From Octopus sinensis (lineage: Eukaryota): 64,000 nucleotides of DNA. The position numbers were made by a program, and so were the translations under genes. The notes beneath the pieces were generated by a model, which worked only from the letters and a program-made list of their open reading frames with translations, ran no database searches and was not told where the DNA came from. This document shows positions 50,526 to 64,000 of this stretch, piece after piece. The DNA is taken from NCBI RefSeq assembly GCF_006345805.1, contig NC_043005.1, positions 73,842,001 through 73,906,000 of the forward strand. The letters are read 5' to 3'. Each line of letters starts with the position of its first letter. Positions within the stretch are counted from its first letter, which is position 1.

Positions 50526-52254
50526 GTAGCTTCTTAATTATTTCTTAACGTGTTAAGAATTATTCCAATTATTTCTTTGCATCGTTGCTGTTGACTGACT
50601 GGCAGCTCTGCCTAGGCTTCAGGGCCTCTTCTATTTTGCACTCGGTCGTTGCACTTTGTTTGACATGTTGACACCAGCCGTCCTTAATCCTTTCCCGGTT
50701 CAATTCATCTATCTGTTTACACCATAATCAACTTCTTCTTCTTTTTATTTTCCCATTCTCTTTTCTTGTTACCTCCTACACTGTGGCGATCGTTAACATT
50801 GAATATTTGCTCACTGTGCGATGACGGTTAGATTTCAATGTTTGTATATCGCGTTATGTAAATAAATGGTAGTTTTAGTTTATCATTCTCTTCGTATAAC
50901 CATATAGAAATTAATATCTTATGTCGATTAATTTCTATTTTCATGGTGTTGTGTAAATTGGAGTGAAATGCTAATACAGAGATAAATCTATAACTCATTT
51001 CTTTATCTATATATTTATAAAATTTAACACTAGAGTATACATGTACGACATTATATATATATATGTGTGTGTGTGTGTGTATCTTCACAAATCGCGTGTG
51101 ACGACAAAAGAGGTAGACTTCAATATCGTTGGAAATAGAGAGTTATATTTACTGAATGATACAGTTTTGGAGACTTACATACAGAACTTCAAGTTTCTAT
51201 GTCAACAAGATGACCGCCGCACTTTTTCAGCTGATTGTAAGTTCGGTGCCGGTAGTTCTATCAATTACAAGAAAGAAAAAAGAGCTGTGCCACCGGTGGG
51301 AAGAAAAAAAAATATACTCCGAGCATTTGATTACACAAGGGAGACAAATATTTTTTTATTGATTGCCAGAACTTTTATGTGTTAGCTAAAATAATTAGGA
51401 GGTATTTATATTAAAGGATATAATTAAAAACCACGAACTAAATAAATTCATAAATAGGAGTGGCTGTGTGGTAAGTAGCTTGCTTACCAACCACATGGTT
51501 CCGTGGCATCTTGGGCAAGTGTCTTCTACTATAGCCTCGGGCCGACCAAAGCCTTGTGAGTGGATTTGGTAGACGGAAACTGAAAAGAATCCCGTCGTAT
51601 ATATATATATATATATATGTTTGTGTGTCTGTGTGTGTTTGTGTGTCTCTGTTTGTCCCCCTAGCATTGCTTGACAACCGATGCTGGTGTGTTTATGTCC
51701 CCGTTACTTAGCGGTTCGGCAAAAGAGACCGATAGAATAAGTACTGGGCTTGCAAAAGAATAAGTTCCGGGGTCGAGTTGCTCGATTAAAGGCGGTGCTC
51801 CAGCATGGCCGCAGTCAAATGACTGAAACAAGTAAAAGAGTAAAGAGTAAAAGAGTATTTAAAAGAACGAAGGATAGATCGAGCAGCTTCTTAGAAATAA
51901 AATATTTAAACATGGGATTGAAGTTAAAACAATATTACAGCATTGGTACATAAAAATTTAATATATAAATACTTTAAAAGTTAAAAGCTTAAACTTTAAA
52001 GAATTATTAAAACTTAACTTTAAAATTATAGGGTATTGGAAAATTCCAAAATTAGTCTGTGTAAAGTAAGAAGAAGGAAAATTGAAATTAAGATCGAAAG
52101 TAAAAATTAGGTAAAAAATAATTGTTATAATTAGGATTAAAAATAAGATTGAGAAATATATGTATATGTTGTCACATATTGATCTTTGTTTCTTCTATTT
52201 GTTCCACCAAACCTCTGTGTGTGTGTGTGTGCGAGCGCGCATGTGTGTGTATGC

Positions 52255-52290
<36 letters not shown>

Positions 52291-55200
52291 ATGTATGTAT
52301 GTATGTATGTATGTATGTATGTATGTATTTATGTATACATGCTCGCATATATGTAGGTAGGTACGTACGTACGTGTCTGTCTCTATGTATGTGTGTATGT
52401 ATGCATATTTATATAGTGCGGTGTGTGCTTGATTGCAGAATATTATCTACACAGGGTTTCTTAAAATTACGACTAAAATATATGATGACATAATAAGTTA
52501 TTTTTGTAATGATGGTTGAAATGCACTCCTTAATATATTCATGTGTGTAAAATCGACCGCGAATGGTGAGTGCATAATAAAATAAATCATGCACTCACCA
52601 TTTAGAAGCAAATTGCTTGACATAAAATATGTCACTCCTGGACGCACCTATTTAGGTCGGAATAAAATCCGCCCTCTTTTACAAACAGATATTTATACAT
52701 ACATGTTTTCCGTTATTAATTTACAGATGCATATACACCCGGCGTGAGGAGACGTATGCCAAGAATAGGAGACTATTTTGTGAGTGTGCAATGGGTTCAA
52801 TGTCCTGCATTAACGCCATTTTCGACCTTGTTTAATAATCAATATAGTTCTGAATACAAAAAACGCTTTTCATCAAGGTTGCTTGCGTCTATAGTTTTTA
52901 TAAAGATGCAAAGAAGTTTTAAATAAAACATAGCTAGGAGCTACGACGACAACCATATCACCGACAAAGAAATCAGAACTGAGAGCATAGGGAAGGGAAA
53001 TAGAAATTGTATTTGTAATACGAATCGAAATAATAAAGTGAATTTTTCTCTGGAACGATAAATTCATTAATGACTTATGTTATTCCTATAAAATGAGATA
53101 TTTGCGGGAAACCTGAAAATAGGTATTGCGATTGATTCCTCTCTGAGCTGTACTATTTTACAACGAAATAATCATATCAACAAGCAACATTTGTTGAATG
53201 CAAGAAGATCGTTTCCAACTATTAGGAACAATTATAAAAGCAAGAAATCTCATGTTTATGTAGGAGTTCAAAGTTACTAGTGAGAAACTCCATCAACTGA
53301 AGATAGAATCTGAACGGAAAACATTAACACGCAATTCGGTTGAAATCTGTCATTAGTTTATTGAGAATTGTGTACTGTCAATAAAAGATCATAGAAACTT
53401 CTCGGAAGAATATTATCTATTCTTTAAAAAGCAATGTTTTTAAATGGAGATGTTGGATGGATTATGCTGTATATCCTTGAAGCTATGAGAGAAATATTTC
53501 AGAATAGGAAAGTAGTATCAAAACACTTGATTGCTAGCTACTGGTGCAAAAGTGCCTGAATTTCTATTAGTGATATCAAATCAACCTCTACAAGGCGGCG
53601 AGTTGGCAGAAACGTTAGCACGCCGGGTGAAATGCTTAGCCGTATTTCGTTTGCCGCTACGTTCTGAGTTCAAATTCCGTCGAGGTCGACTTTGCCTTTC
53701 ATCCTTTCGGGGTCGATTAAATAAGTACCAGTTACGCACTGGAGTCGATATAATCGACTTAATCCGTTTGTCTGTCCTTGTTTGTCACCTCTATGTTTAG
53801 CCCCTTGTGGGCAGTAAAGAAATAGATATCAAATCAGCCTCTACCTACAAGCATTCAGTGGGTATAGAAGTATAGTATAATGGCTGGCATCAGCAGTAAC
53901 AATTCTGATACTAAAGAATAAAGTCACTCGTATTACGAAGTACCACAAACCAAATATACACTAACATCCTAAGTATAGCATGTATACAACCTACCCGAGC
54001 CTCTTATTTCACAGAAGTAGCTTTCTGGGATTTAGTGAATAACTCCTCATCAAGGGGTGTGAAAGAATAGGAGCTGTTTAGCGCAAGAAAACATTCTATT
54101 GTTTCCCAGTTATGGATTGTAACTAACTGGTACTCCGTCGGTTACGACGACGAGTGTTACAGTTAATACCGTCAGCGGAACAGCTCGTTTGTGAAATCAA
54201 CGTGCATGTGGTTGAACAGTCCGCAGACACATGTAACTGTAACGTAGTTCTCAAGAAGATTCAGCGTGACACAGAATATGACAGGGCTGGCCCTTTGAAA
54301 TGCAAGTACTACTCATTTTTTCCAGCTGAGTAGGCTGGAGCAATGTGAAATAAAGTGTCTTGCTCAAGGACACAACCCGCCGCTGGGTATCGAACTTATG
54401 ACTTTACGATTTTAACCACTAAGTCGCACGCCTTCACTGCTAATAGAAGCGCTTCGACATGCTAATGTTCCAGAAGCCGTTATCAAAATCACAGGCAGCC
54501 TGGGTTGGTCCTTGGCCGCCATCCTGAAGCTAAATACAAAACGTGATTGCTTTTGTCTCTGGTTGGATAAAATATCAAGAAGTACATTGCAAGAGGCGAT
54601 TTTTCTGTAATGCTATTTATACTGAAACCAGCCTTTTGTTAATATCTTGGGAGTGTTTGTTGACAAGAAAACAGAAAAACCAACTTGGCGCACAGCATCT
54701 TTGTGAACTGAGAGTATAGGATAAAACTATAATGAAGATGTTTGATTTGATTATGGTTTTCACAGAAGAGAAACAGGGAAAGTTGGAGAGAGATAAATAT
54801 AACTAAATGTTTGTAAATTGAAGCATGACGTAAGAGCCGGATCAATTTTAACAGAGAAAGGAAAAACAATAATAACTAATGCAGCTGAACACACTGAAAT
54901 CGATGGATTAAAAGAAAATTGGTGGAACCTTATTATAAAAAAGAAAACACAGCAAATAAATTAAAACTCTTAAATTCCTGTCTGAGACCAGAAAAAATAT
55001 ATATACTATGTTGTGAAATTTAGCCACTCTCTTGATAGCAATAACATAAGAAATATACAAGATAATGAAGGCATCTAAGTGTCCTGGTGAGGAATCTGCA
55101 AATCTGGTACGCAACAATTACATTTAGGTTTGCATCTATTATTATTAGAGCAATAAGACATATACAAATTCCATCGTTGATCTTCGGAAGAGCAGCAATT

Positions 55201-56447
55201 AGTGGAGAAACAAATCAAATGTTAGCAAAAAAAATCGATACTCAAAAAGTAAAATAAAATAAAAGTATGGCGAGTGCAAAAAAGAGAATTCTTGTATCTA
55301 TAGAATTTAAAAGCAATTAATGAGAATTTTAGTTTTTTAGAGAAAGAACGTAAGCTTCAGAGAGCCACAATATTGTGTCCAATGAAAACGTGAAGGGCGT
55401 TAAAATTTAAAGAGTGAATGATTGTGTGAAAGATGACTGATAAAATATGGCTCCCTTTTCTAAAACATTTTCATTATTTTCTTCTTGTTGCTTTTGGTAT
55501 TGGGGCGGGAAGTTCTTCTTTTCTGAATATTGCTGCGAAGAAGTTGGTTAGTGAAATTAAACCCTAAAATTTCCTAATTTATTTAGAAGAGAACACGCAT
55601 ATAAATATATATACGTAAAGACAGGCAGAGAGACAGACGGACGGACAGACACATAGACAGATATAAAAGTGCCAGCCGTTAACCACTCACCACCAATGGG
55701 TTTGTCTTGGTAACGCGTCCCGATTGTGTTAGGTGCCTTATAGTGGCCAGTAGACGTAGAAAAATCTTCGATTCTCCCCACTTTTTGACCCTGCATCATA
55801 TCTAAGATGTGACAGATGGAGATAAATAGAGGTACACCAATATTCGGCTGATGGCTGAATAAACAAGACCATCTGTTCAAGCCACAGATGGGACCCTCCT
55901 GATATGTATTACCGTTCTGGGTGGGGACAGACCTGAGAATAATGGTAATTAAGTGGTGACTCCATACTCCCAAGTCCAGAACGCCCAAACTGGAGCCTCA
56001 CTACCGGATGTAGTTTAATACCATACCAGGACAACGTACATACATACATACATACATACATACATACATACATACATACATACATACATACATACATACA
56101 CAGGTATACGATAGCTGTCCACTCGTAATAAAGTAAGACCATCGCTGACCATTAATAATAACATTGTGCATAACATTGGGCATTCAGACAAATTTACCCA
56201 ATGTAAACTTGTGGCTCCACTGGTGACCATTGAGCCCCCTTCTTGATTAGCATACAAGTCCACAGTTATTGCAGAACAAGCTTCCCCCATTCACTGACAT
56301 TCTGCATCGGTATTGCTACTTAATCCTTAACTTTACAATACATTCATACATATAGCGAATGTGAATGCCTTCTTTAAACTTGTAGAGAACGTATTGTCAA
56401 ACCTTCCAGAACTTACAGCTTTTATATGTTGTCTATAGTTTCTTTAA

Positions 56448-56667
56448 CCCTTTCATTACTGTATTCATTTTGAGATGCTTTGTTTTCTTTTAGTTACCTT
56501 AAATATAATAAAGAATTTAGTAAAATAACTTAGTCAACATTAACCTTGTATTAGGAACATAAATTGCAATTAATGTTTGGTGAAAGATTTTAACTAAAAA
56601 CTTATGAAAACATGACATTTGCACTACAGAGCCAGAGGCGGTTTCGAGTCGATTGGTATCGAAAGGG
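56448..56667. mobile_element. piggyBac-type MITE with TTAA TSD
   Basis: TTAA|ccctttc ... gaaaggg|TTAA; homologous to 11418-11635. Confidence 0.85.
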
Positions 56668-57009
56668 TTAATCTTAAGCACACAAGGGCGTGTAACAACA
56701 GTTTTGCATAAAAGCCAGGATGTGTTGGTGTTTTTCCAGGAATGAATAAAGTAAATTGATTCGAAGCCTCCAAATCTAATCGATCAGAGGCACAATGAAA
56801 ATTTTAATAACATTCCTAAGATTCTCCTTTTGGACTTCTTGGAATGTATATATACACAATCACATATGGCATAAACATACAGTTTAACTTGCACACACGT
56901 ACACACTTCTATGCACTCATACATACAAACTAATCGCACTGAACCGTGTGTTAAAGTGGCACATACACTCATTACATGAATGCAAGTATAGTCACACACA
57001 TCTTCATAC

Positions 57010-57410
57010 ATATTTATTTATTGCCCACAGGAGGCTAAACATGGGGGAACAAAGAAGGACAGACAAAGGGGTTAAGTGGATTACATCGACACCAGTGCGT
57101 AACTGGTACTTATATAATCTAAGGCAAAGTCGACCTCGGCGGAATTTGAACTCAGAAGGTAGCGGCAGACGAATTACCTATTTCTTTACTACCCACAAGG
57201 GGCTAAACACAAAGAGGACAAACAAGGAGAGACAAACGGATTAAGTCGATTACATCGACCCCAGTGCGTAACTGGTACTTATTTAATCGACCCCGAAAGG
57301 ATGAAAGGCAAAGTAGACCTCGGCGGAATTTGAACTCAGAACGTAACGGCAGGCGAGATACCGCTAAGCGTTTTGTCCGGCGTGCTAACGATTCTGCCAG
57401 CTTGCCGCCA
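57010..57410 (-). mobile_element. SINE family B, head plus two bodies
   Basis: Same fixed junction (tacctatttctttactacccac) as the 27.7-kb array. Confidence 0.85.
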
Positions 57411-58984
57411 TTACATACATCCTCATGTAAGCACATATGAACTCGCTCGCTTTGTCACCTTTTTTTAGCGACCTGCTTGAATTCTGCGATAAAGGATGAA
57501 ATCATTTTTGATGAAAACATACTTTCATGAGTATCGAGTGGTTGTTGCCTAAATTTCAATAAAAGAGCTTTGAGTGTGTGGTGTCTGTGTGTGGTGTGTG
57601 TGCAGCTTGGGATGATACAAAATGTGCTGTTCTGTTACTTTTATAAGAAATTCTTTGCTGAAAAGAGATTGGAGGTCCAGGCGGTATTGTCAAAATTCAC
57701 GATGGAAGTAATGCACTGGGGTCGATGTAATTGACTTAATCCCTTTGTCTGCCCTTGTTTGTTCCCTCTATGTTTAGCCCCCTGTGGGCAATAAATAAAT
57801 ATGTATGAAGATGTGAAGGACTATACTTGCATTCGTGTAATGAGTGTATGTGAACTAATATTATTTCTTGTGAGTTTTAATGTTCCGTTTGAGTGCCACT
57901 TCCATTTTCTTTCTACGCGTGATGTAATAATTGTAGCGAAGATGTATGTATTTCGTAAAGTTTTTTTGTCTTCTGAGTATATTCATTCAGTTGCGTCTGT
58001 TCACTGGTTGTATTTGATGTCTCTGATTGCTGGTAGCAAGGGAAATGGTAAATTTGGTAGAAAAGCTTTTTAGGTAGTTCATGTAGGATTGGATTAACGC
58101 ATGGGATTGGTGGGAAGATGTGTGACATCATCTACATAAGAAGCTTTGTGTGTGTGTATGTATGTGTGTATGTGTGTGCGTGCGTGCGTGCGTGTGAATG
58201 AGTGAGTGTGTAGGGGAGTAAGAAGATTGTGCAGGTGGAATATCAAAACTGTGCGTGACGCGTTATTCTTATAGCTCTCCATCTGGGAAATTGCAGAATC
58301 CGGATGTGTTGCAGTTGTATGCCACGCAGGCTTGGCCGTTTGGGTGTTAAATCAAGTATGTCAGAAACGTACTGGATGACATAGGCAAGAGAAGTATTAT
58401 TGGAGTTGAAATCTTCCCCCATAATTCTTGCTGTTGTTGGAATGTATGATGTATAATGCTAATACAGAGTTGTTAATGCTACTATATTCTTTGTGTAACG
58501 TTTTATAGCTAATTTTGCTTTTTATAATTGATGCAAACACTTGGAAATTTTCTCAAGATAGTTTTTATACTTTATCTTCATGTTCTTTTTACATAGTTAA
58601 TAAATGTATTTATTTTTCTGCTCTGTGTGTATGTGTTATATTAATGTATTGTGTTAGGAGTTGTCTCAGTTGATTTTTTATTTTTAAATCCGAGTTGACA
58701 ATTTGGATAACTTTTTTTATAGGTTGCCTTATTTTTCTTTCATTGTTGTTGTTGTTGTTGAGTTTATATTGTTACTTGTTTCTTCTAAACAGCAGCATTC
58801 GTTAGTGAACGCTAATCTAAATAGAATTTTCCCCAAATTTATGAATTCTCATGAGAAAAGAAAAAAATGTTGTTAGCAAGAACGATGATGGACACGTTTC
58901 GATCGTCTTGAATCTCACCAGCTTTTTTTCTGTATAAGCCACTAAAAATTGCCCACTAAATTTCATTTAAGAATGTCCTTTTTT

Positions 58985-59505
58985 ATGCTTCATTTAGTAC
59001 ATACACACATACATACATATATGCATACATACATACATACACACACATACATACATACATACATACATACATACATACATACATACATACACATACATAC
59101 ATACATACATACATATGAGCATGTCTAGATATGCAACTAAATACATGAGAAAACATACATAAAACATACAAATCTGCACATACATACATAATACATACAT
59201 ACATACATACATACATACATACATACATACATACGTACATACGTACATACATACATAAGTACGTACGTACATACAAACAAACAAAAGTACCCTGCTGTTC
59301 ATATTGAAATTCCAGTGGATCCAGGTTAAAAATCAGTTCTTTCTCTAGAGGTAAGAAATCTTGAAATAAACTGAATAATGACATACATACATACAAACAT
59401 ACATACATACATACATTCATACATACAAACATACATGCATACATACATACATACATACATACATACATACATACATACATACATACATACATACATACAT
59501 ACACA
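58985..59505. repeat. (TACA)n compound microsatellite
   Basis: Direct reading; encloses a ~100-nt unique island at 59280-59380. Confidence 0.9.
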
Positions 59506-59519
59506 TAACCACCGATCTG

Positions 59520-60900
59520 TTTCGTATTTATGGATAGTAGTGATTATAGATGAAGATATCAATTGTAGTAATGACGGTGTATGGAGGAAAAGATATTTTT
59601 GAAATTATTTACTAATTATTTATTTTCGTGTGGGTAAACATTGCAAATTGTTTGAATATTCGTTGTGGTGGTCTGATTCGGCGATGGGGGTCAGTTGGAG
59701 TTAATGCCATCAAATATGATCCTCTCTAAAACAGTTGAGGGTATGGAAAGAAGGTTGAGCGGTTTGTATGGTGCTTTTTCACTTGACCTTTTTGCAGGAG
59801 TCTATTAGTCCCCGATCTTCCCCCAGTACAAGAATCTGGGTTTTTTCTATCGTTGATGTATTTGCAGACAATAGTGAATACTATTGTAAATAATAATGAA
59901 CTTGTAGATCATTTGTAGATATTTGTACATAATTTGGAGATATTTACTCTTTTACTCTTTTACTCTTTTACTTGTTTCAGCCATTTGACTGTGGTCATGC
60001 TGGAGCACCGCCTTTAGTCGAGCAAATCGATCTCAGGACTTAATCTTTGTAAGCCTAGTACTTAGTCTATCGGTCGCTTTTGCCGAACAGTGTGTAACTG
60101 GTACTTATTTATCGTCCCAGAAAGGATGAAAGGCAAAGTCGACCTCGGCAGAATTTGAACTCAGAACGTAACGGCAGATGAAATACCGCTAAGCATTTTG
60201 CCCAGCGTACTAACGATTCTGCGAGCTCGCTGTCCTTGTTTTCATATTATTGTACAATTATCGGAGACTGATTTTGATATTGCCGTTTACTTTCACTTGG
60301 AAATTTGTTTACGTTATCTAAAGTTCTTGTTGTGACGTATTATGTTGTATACAACTAACATTTCTATTGCGTTTTACTATTGATTTTTTAGTTTGTGTTT
60401 GATACAAATTCTTGCCAGCTTTCTAGAGGATTTTTTCTTCATTTTGCTTCATGCTTTTACATAATTGCTGAATACATAGTTTTATTTCTACTTTGTATGT
60501 TGTATTATGTGAGCTTGTTATGCTTGGAGTTGACTCCATTTTTTAATTGGGTTGACTATTTCTGCAATTGGATAGCATTTCTTATATTGTCTTGATTTTC
60601 CCTTTCCTTCTTTCTGTTTTTTCTTAGAAGTTTCTGGAATGATGGCGTTAGATGCTTGTATTGCAATGTTTATCTTGTTCTTTATGTCTGCGAACTTTAA
60701 TTGACTTCAATTTCTCTATCTGGAATTCCTCCTTCCTACACGTTCTCACAACTTTATTCCTTATTCTACAGTTGTCTTGCTATTCTACTGAAATCCTTTG
60801 ACATGACGAAGATGGAGACGAGCACCAACGTTCCATGTGTCAGGCTTGATAATTGTTGAGATTTTTCTCAGCATGAAACCATTGGTAGACTTATTAATCC
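59520..60900 (-). pseudogene. Heavily decayed LINE ORF2 relic interrupted by SINEs
   Basis: KAPYKPLNLLSIPSTVLERIIFDGINS resembles NYRPISLLS..K.LERII; many stops. Confidence 0.45.
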
Positions 60901-61002
60901 ACAAATAAAGAATATTTATCCACCAATGCAGTACTCAGCACTCATTCTCACTATTCAATATTAACGTGCGAGTGTGTGCATGTGTGTGTGTTTATGTATG
61001 TA

Positions 61003-61066
<64 letters not shown>

Positions 61067-61604
61067 TGCATACACGCACATATATATAGTCTTAGTCAAC
61101 CAAATCGACCCCAATTCTTATTCTGTAAAGCCTAGTATTTATTCTATCAGTCCCTTTTGCCGAACCCCATGTTACGGGATAAAAACACACCAACTACTAT
61201 TGACATCATCTAGCAAAGCCTACGAGCGAAATTTCCCTTATGTTACTTGGATATCTGTTATGTTTCTTGATGAGGCAATTTTGTACAGTGGAGTGCACTG
61301 GAATTCATCATATCGTTCCCCATCTACTGGGGTGTAGTGCAGAATTATGCCCAAACGATCGTTGTGATAAATAAAGTTTCCACCATACTGGCTTCCGTAT
61401 CAATTATTTAGAGTATACACCACGGACACTGAGGAATTCCTAACGTAGATCCAGCGACGAATGTGCATTTACTGTGGATGACGCCAGGTAGCCATAAGAG
61501 GTGAACGTACCCTGCCGGTACACTACAAGGGACATACCCAAAATACACTTTGGATGCTAAATCTTAAATTTTAATTCCAAACTTTAATTATAACTTATAT
61601 ATAT

Positions 61605-61815
61605 ATAGTCAATTCAAATAAAGGAACAAAACAAAAAACGAAAGAAAAAAGGGCAAGGACGTGCACAAGAAATGTATTACTTTGATGCTCGGTAAAAGGG
61701 GAGAGTTTAACGTTTCGAGCATAGCTCTTCGCCGGAACGGAGAAAGGGAAAATTCCGAAGATTGAAAACAAATCACCAACGGCACACGTGTAGTTATATT
61801 ATATTGGATTGACAA
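61605..61815 (-). mobile_element. Penelope-type terminal-repeat relic with hammerhead-like motif
   Basis: Minus strand reads GTT-CCGGCGA-A-GAGC-tat-GCTC-GAAACGTT-AAAC. Confidence 0.5.
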
Positions 61816-61917
61816 CTAAGTTCCCACCGTTTTTTTCAAATTTGATTTATTTTCAAGGTTTAATAAAAAAAATAATAACGTGTGGAAACAGTCTTAGGGT
61901 GTCCTGAGGGACGACCA

Positions 61918-62022
<105 letters not shown>

Positions 62023-62060
62023 GCAGGCAGGCAGACAGACAGACAGACAGACAGATAGAC

Positions 62061-62102
<42 letters not shown>

Positions 62103-62632
62103 CTAAATAGATAGATAGATATGTTTCTTTATTAGCCACACAGGGCTGCATACAGACAGGACAAATTGGGGGTAAAAAAAAGGGGGTTTGGTTTTCGATC
62201 AAAAGGGATCGTAAAAGGAAAGAAAGAGGACAAAAAAGAGGGGGGAAAAATTTTAAAAAAAAAGATAGATAGATAGATAGATAGATAGGTAGATAGATAG
62301 ATAGATGCACATATCGTCAGCCATCGAGGGGCATGCTCAACTGGTTAAGGTCAAGCAACTAACAAGCAAATCTCTGGTATTGAGTAGAACATTTGCTGTA
62401 GCCCATCATTTACAGCAAGACAAAACATACGCATGGTAACACTTGCAATAAGTTAAGATCAGAAACCATGAGAGCCACTGTCTGGTACGGCATCGGGGCA
62501 TTTGTGGTGCTAAGCAGAATAAATACTTTGTTCATCTTTTATACCAAGACAAAACAATGTACATGATAACACTTCCAATCAGTTAAAATCAGAAGCCATG
62601 AGAGCAACTGCCTGCTGCTGCATCAGAGCATT

Positions 62633-62670
<38 letters not shown>

Positions 62671-64000
62671 CGCTGCTGCTGCTGTTGTTGTTGTTGTTAT
62701 ATTCTCTTGTTTCATGAAGTTGGTGTTTTGCTCAGTTTAATTATACTTCCTACATAAATAATATTTCTATGGAATCCCAACATGTGGATGAGGATAGTGG
62801 ACTTTTATTTCTTTACTTCTAGTATTAAAGTTTTTTTTTTCTGCTTCACAATGTTTTAACATTGTATAAAGGACTTTTGTGATAATTCTAGCTAATCCTC
62901 ACACCTATGGTTTCCGCATAGTATTTACATCAGGGATAAGGCGAGATTTTCGAGGTTTTTTCCCAGATACTATTTTTTGCACTTTTCCCAAGGCTCCAAT
63001 GACAATCAACGCTATTATGATCTTAACTTCTTTATTCCATCACCTAAGGATTTATTATTTCAAATCAGGATAATGAGCTACGTTTTCTGTTTCCTCTTTT
63101 TCTTTTTACTTCGGTGTCGTACGAGTATGCCACATCGCTTACAATACACAGTATGTTCTTCCTGTTGAAAACTACAGTATGCGGTGAGTTGTGTTGTATT
63201 TTTCTTTCAGTTTGTATAGGAAAGCCCTAGAACAACCTCACTTCATCATTTTCGATGGCTTGCATTTTCAGTTCATACAAAATTGTTATAGCTTTTCTTC
63301 TGTGATTGCAAAATCAAATTTCCTGAAAAAATTCCGGTATATTATTGTTACAGCAATCATCTTGACTACATTTTTGCATATATTCTGAATTAACTACAGA
63401 CACTGATATAATCTGAGTAATCGGTCTCATCACCTAACTAGCTGCGAACATTCCGATACTATGTGAAATATGGTTTCATTAACTTCTTCTTCTTCTTCTT
63501 TTTCTTCTTTTTCTTCTTCTTCTTCTCATTATTATTATCGTTGTTGTTTTTGTTGTTAATGATGATGATGATGTTGCTGTTGTTATTATCATTGAGTAAG
63601 AGAGCGGTGCATGCCATCAAAGTGACAAGGGTAAAATATACGAAGCCCAATATACCCATTTGACTACCCGTGTGATAATGGTACACTAGGCACATGCATT
63701 ACAACCATATGAGCGTAATATGGTGATCTCATATCAAGATAAACAGTTCATGACCTTGCAAGTGGGGCCCACGTAGAATTTTCTTCAGATCGAGTATCCC
63801 ATCCTGCTCAAAAGGTCCTTGAATAAGGATTGTTTAAGGATGTTGAACGAAGCACCTGTCTTTCCAGAGGTAAATTATTCAAATCCCGTAGAATTCCTCT
63901 CAACACATGGCTATGATGCTCCCGCACTACTTCTGCTCGTAATCAGAGATGCACATATCGTCAGCCACTAATGGACATGCTCAACTGGTTAAGACCAAAC

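Noticed and set aside
51041-51385. 114-aa plus-strand ORF with an internal GTAAGT
   Set aside because: Starts in a microsatellite, lacks a pyrimidine-rich acceptor, and shows no recognisable homology.

Overview
AT-rich, repeat-dense eukaryotic DNA. The SINE families, microsatellite load and intron style point to a cephalopod, most likely Octopus (inference). Left of a 100-N gap (25056-25155), 11 minus-strand GT-AG exons splice in frame into about 460 aa matching the C-terminal part of centromere protein I (CENP-I). Its 5' exons were not found. Its introns hold a TIR-bounded mariner relic, a maT (DD37D) relic, a Helitron, piggyBac-type MITEs, RTE fragments, many SINEs and a 1.2-kb fold-back element. 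Right of the gap I recognise no protein-coding gene. That part contains a Penelope element with ~0.83-kb inverted arms, each carrying a minimal hammerhead ribozyme with a U3-A8 core, and a young R4/Dong LINE inserted in (TAA)n next to a 170-bp palindrome. It also has two more Helitrons, a SINE-derived 184-bp tandem array, decayed hammerhead-like motifs and a single-copy, bulge-free 38-bp hairpin that looks like a pre-miRNA. All calls were made by eye, without database searches or folding software. Repeat boundaries are approximate unless TSDs or termini are given.
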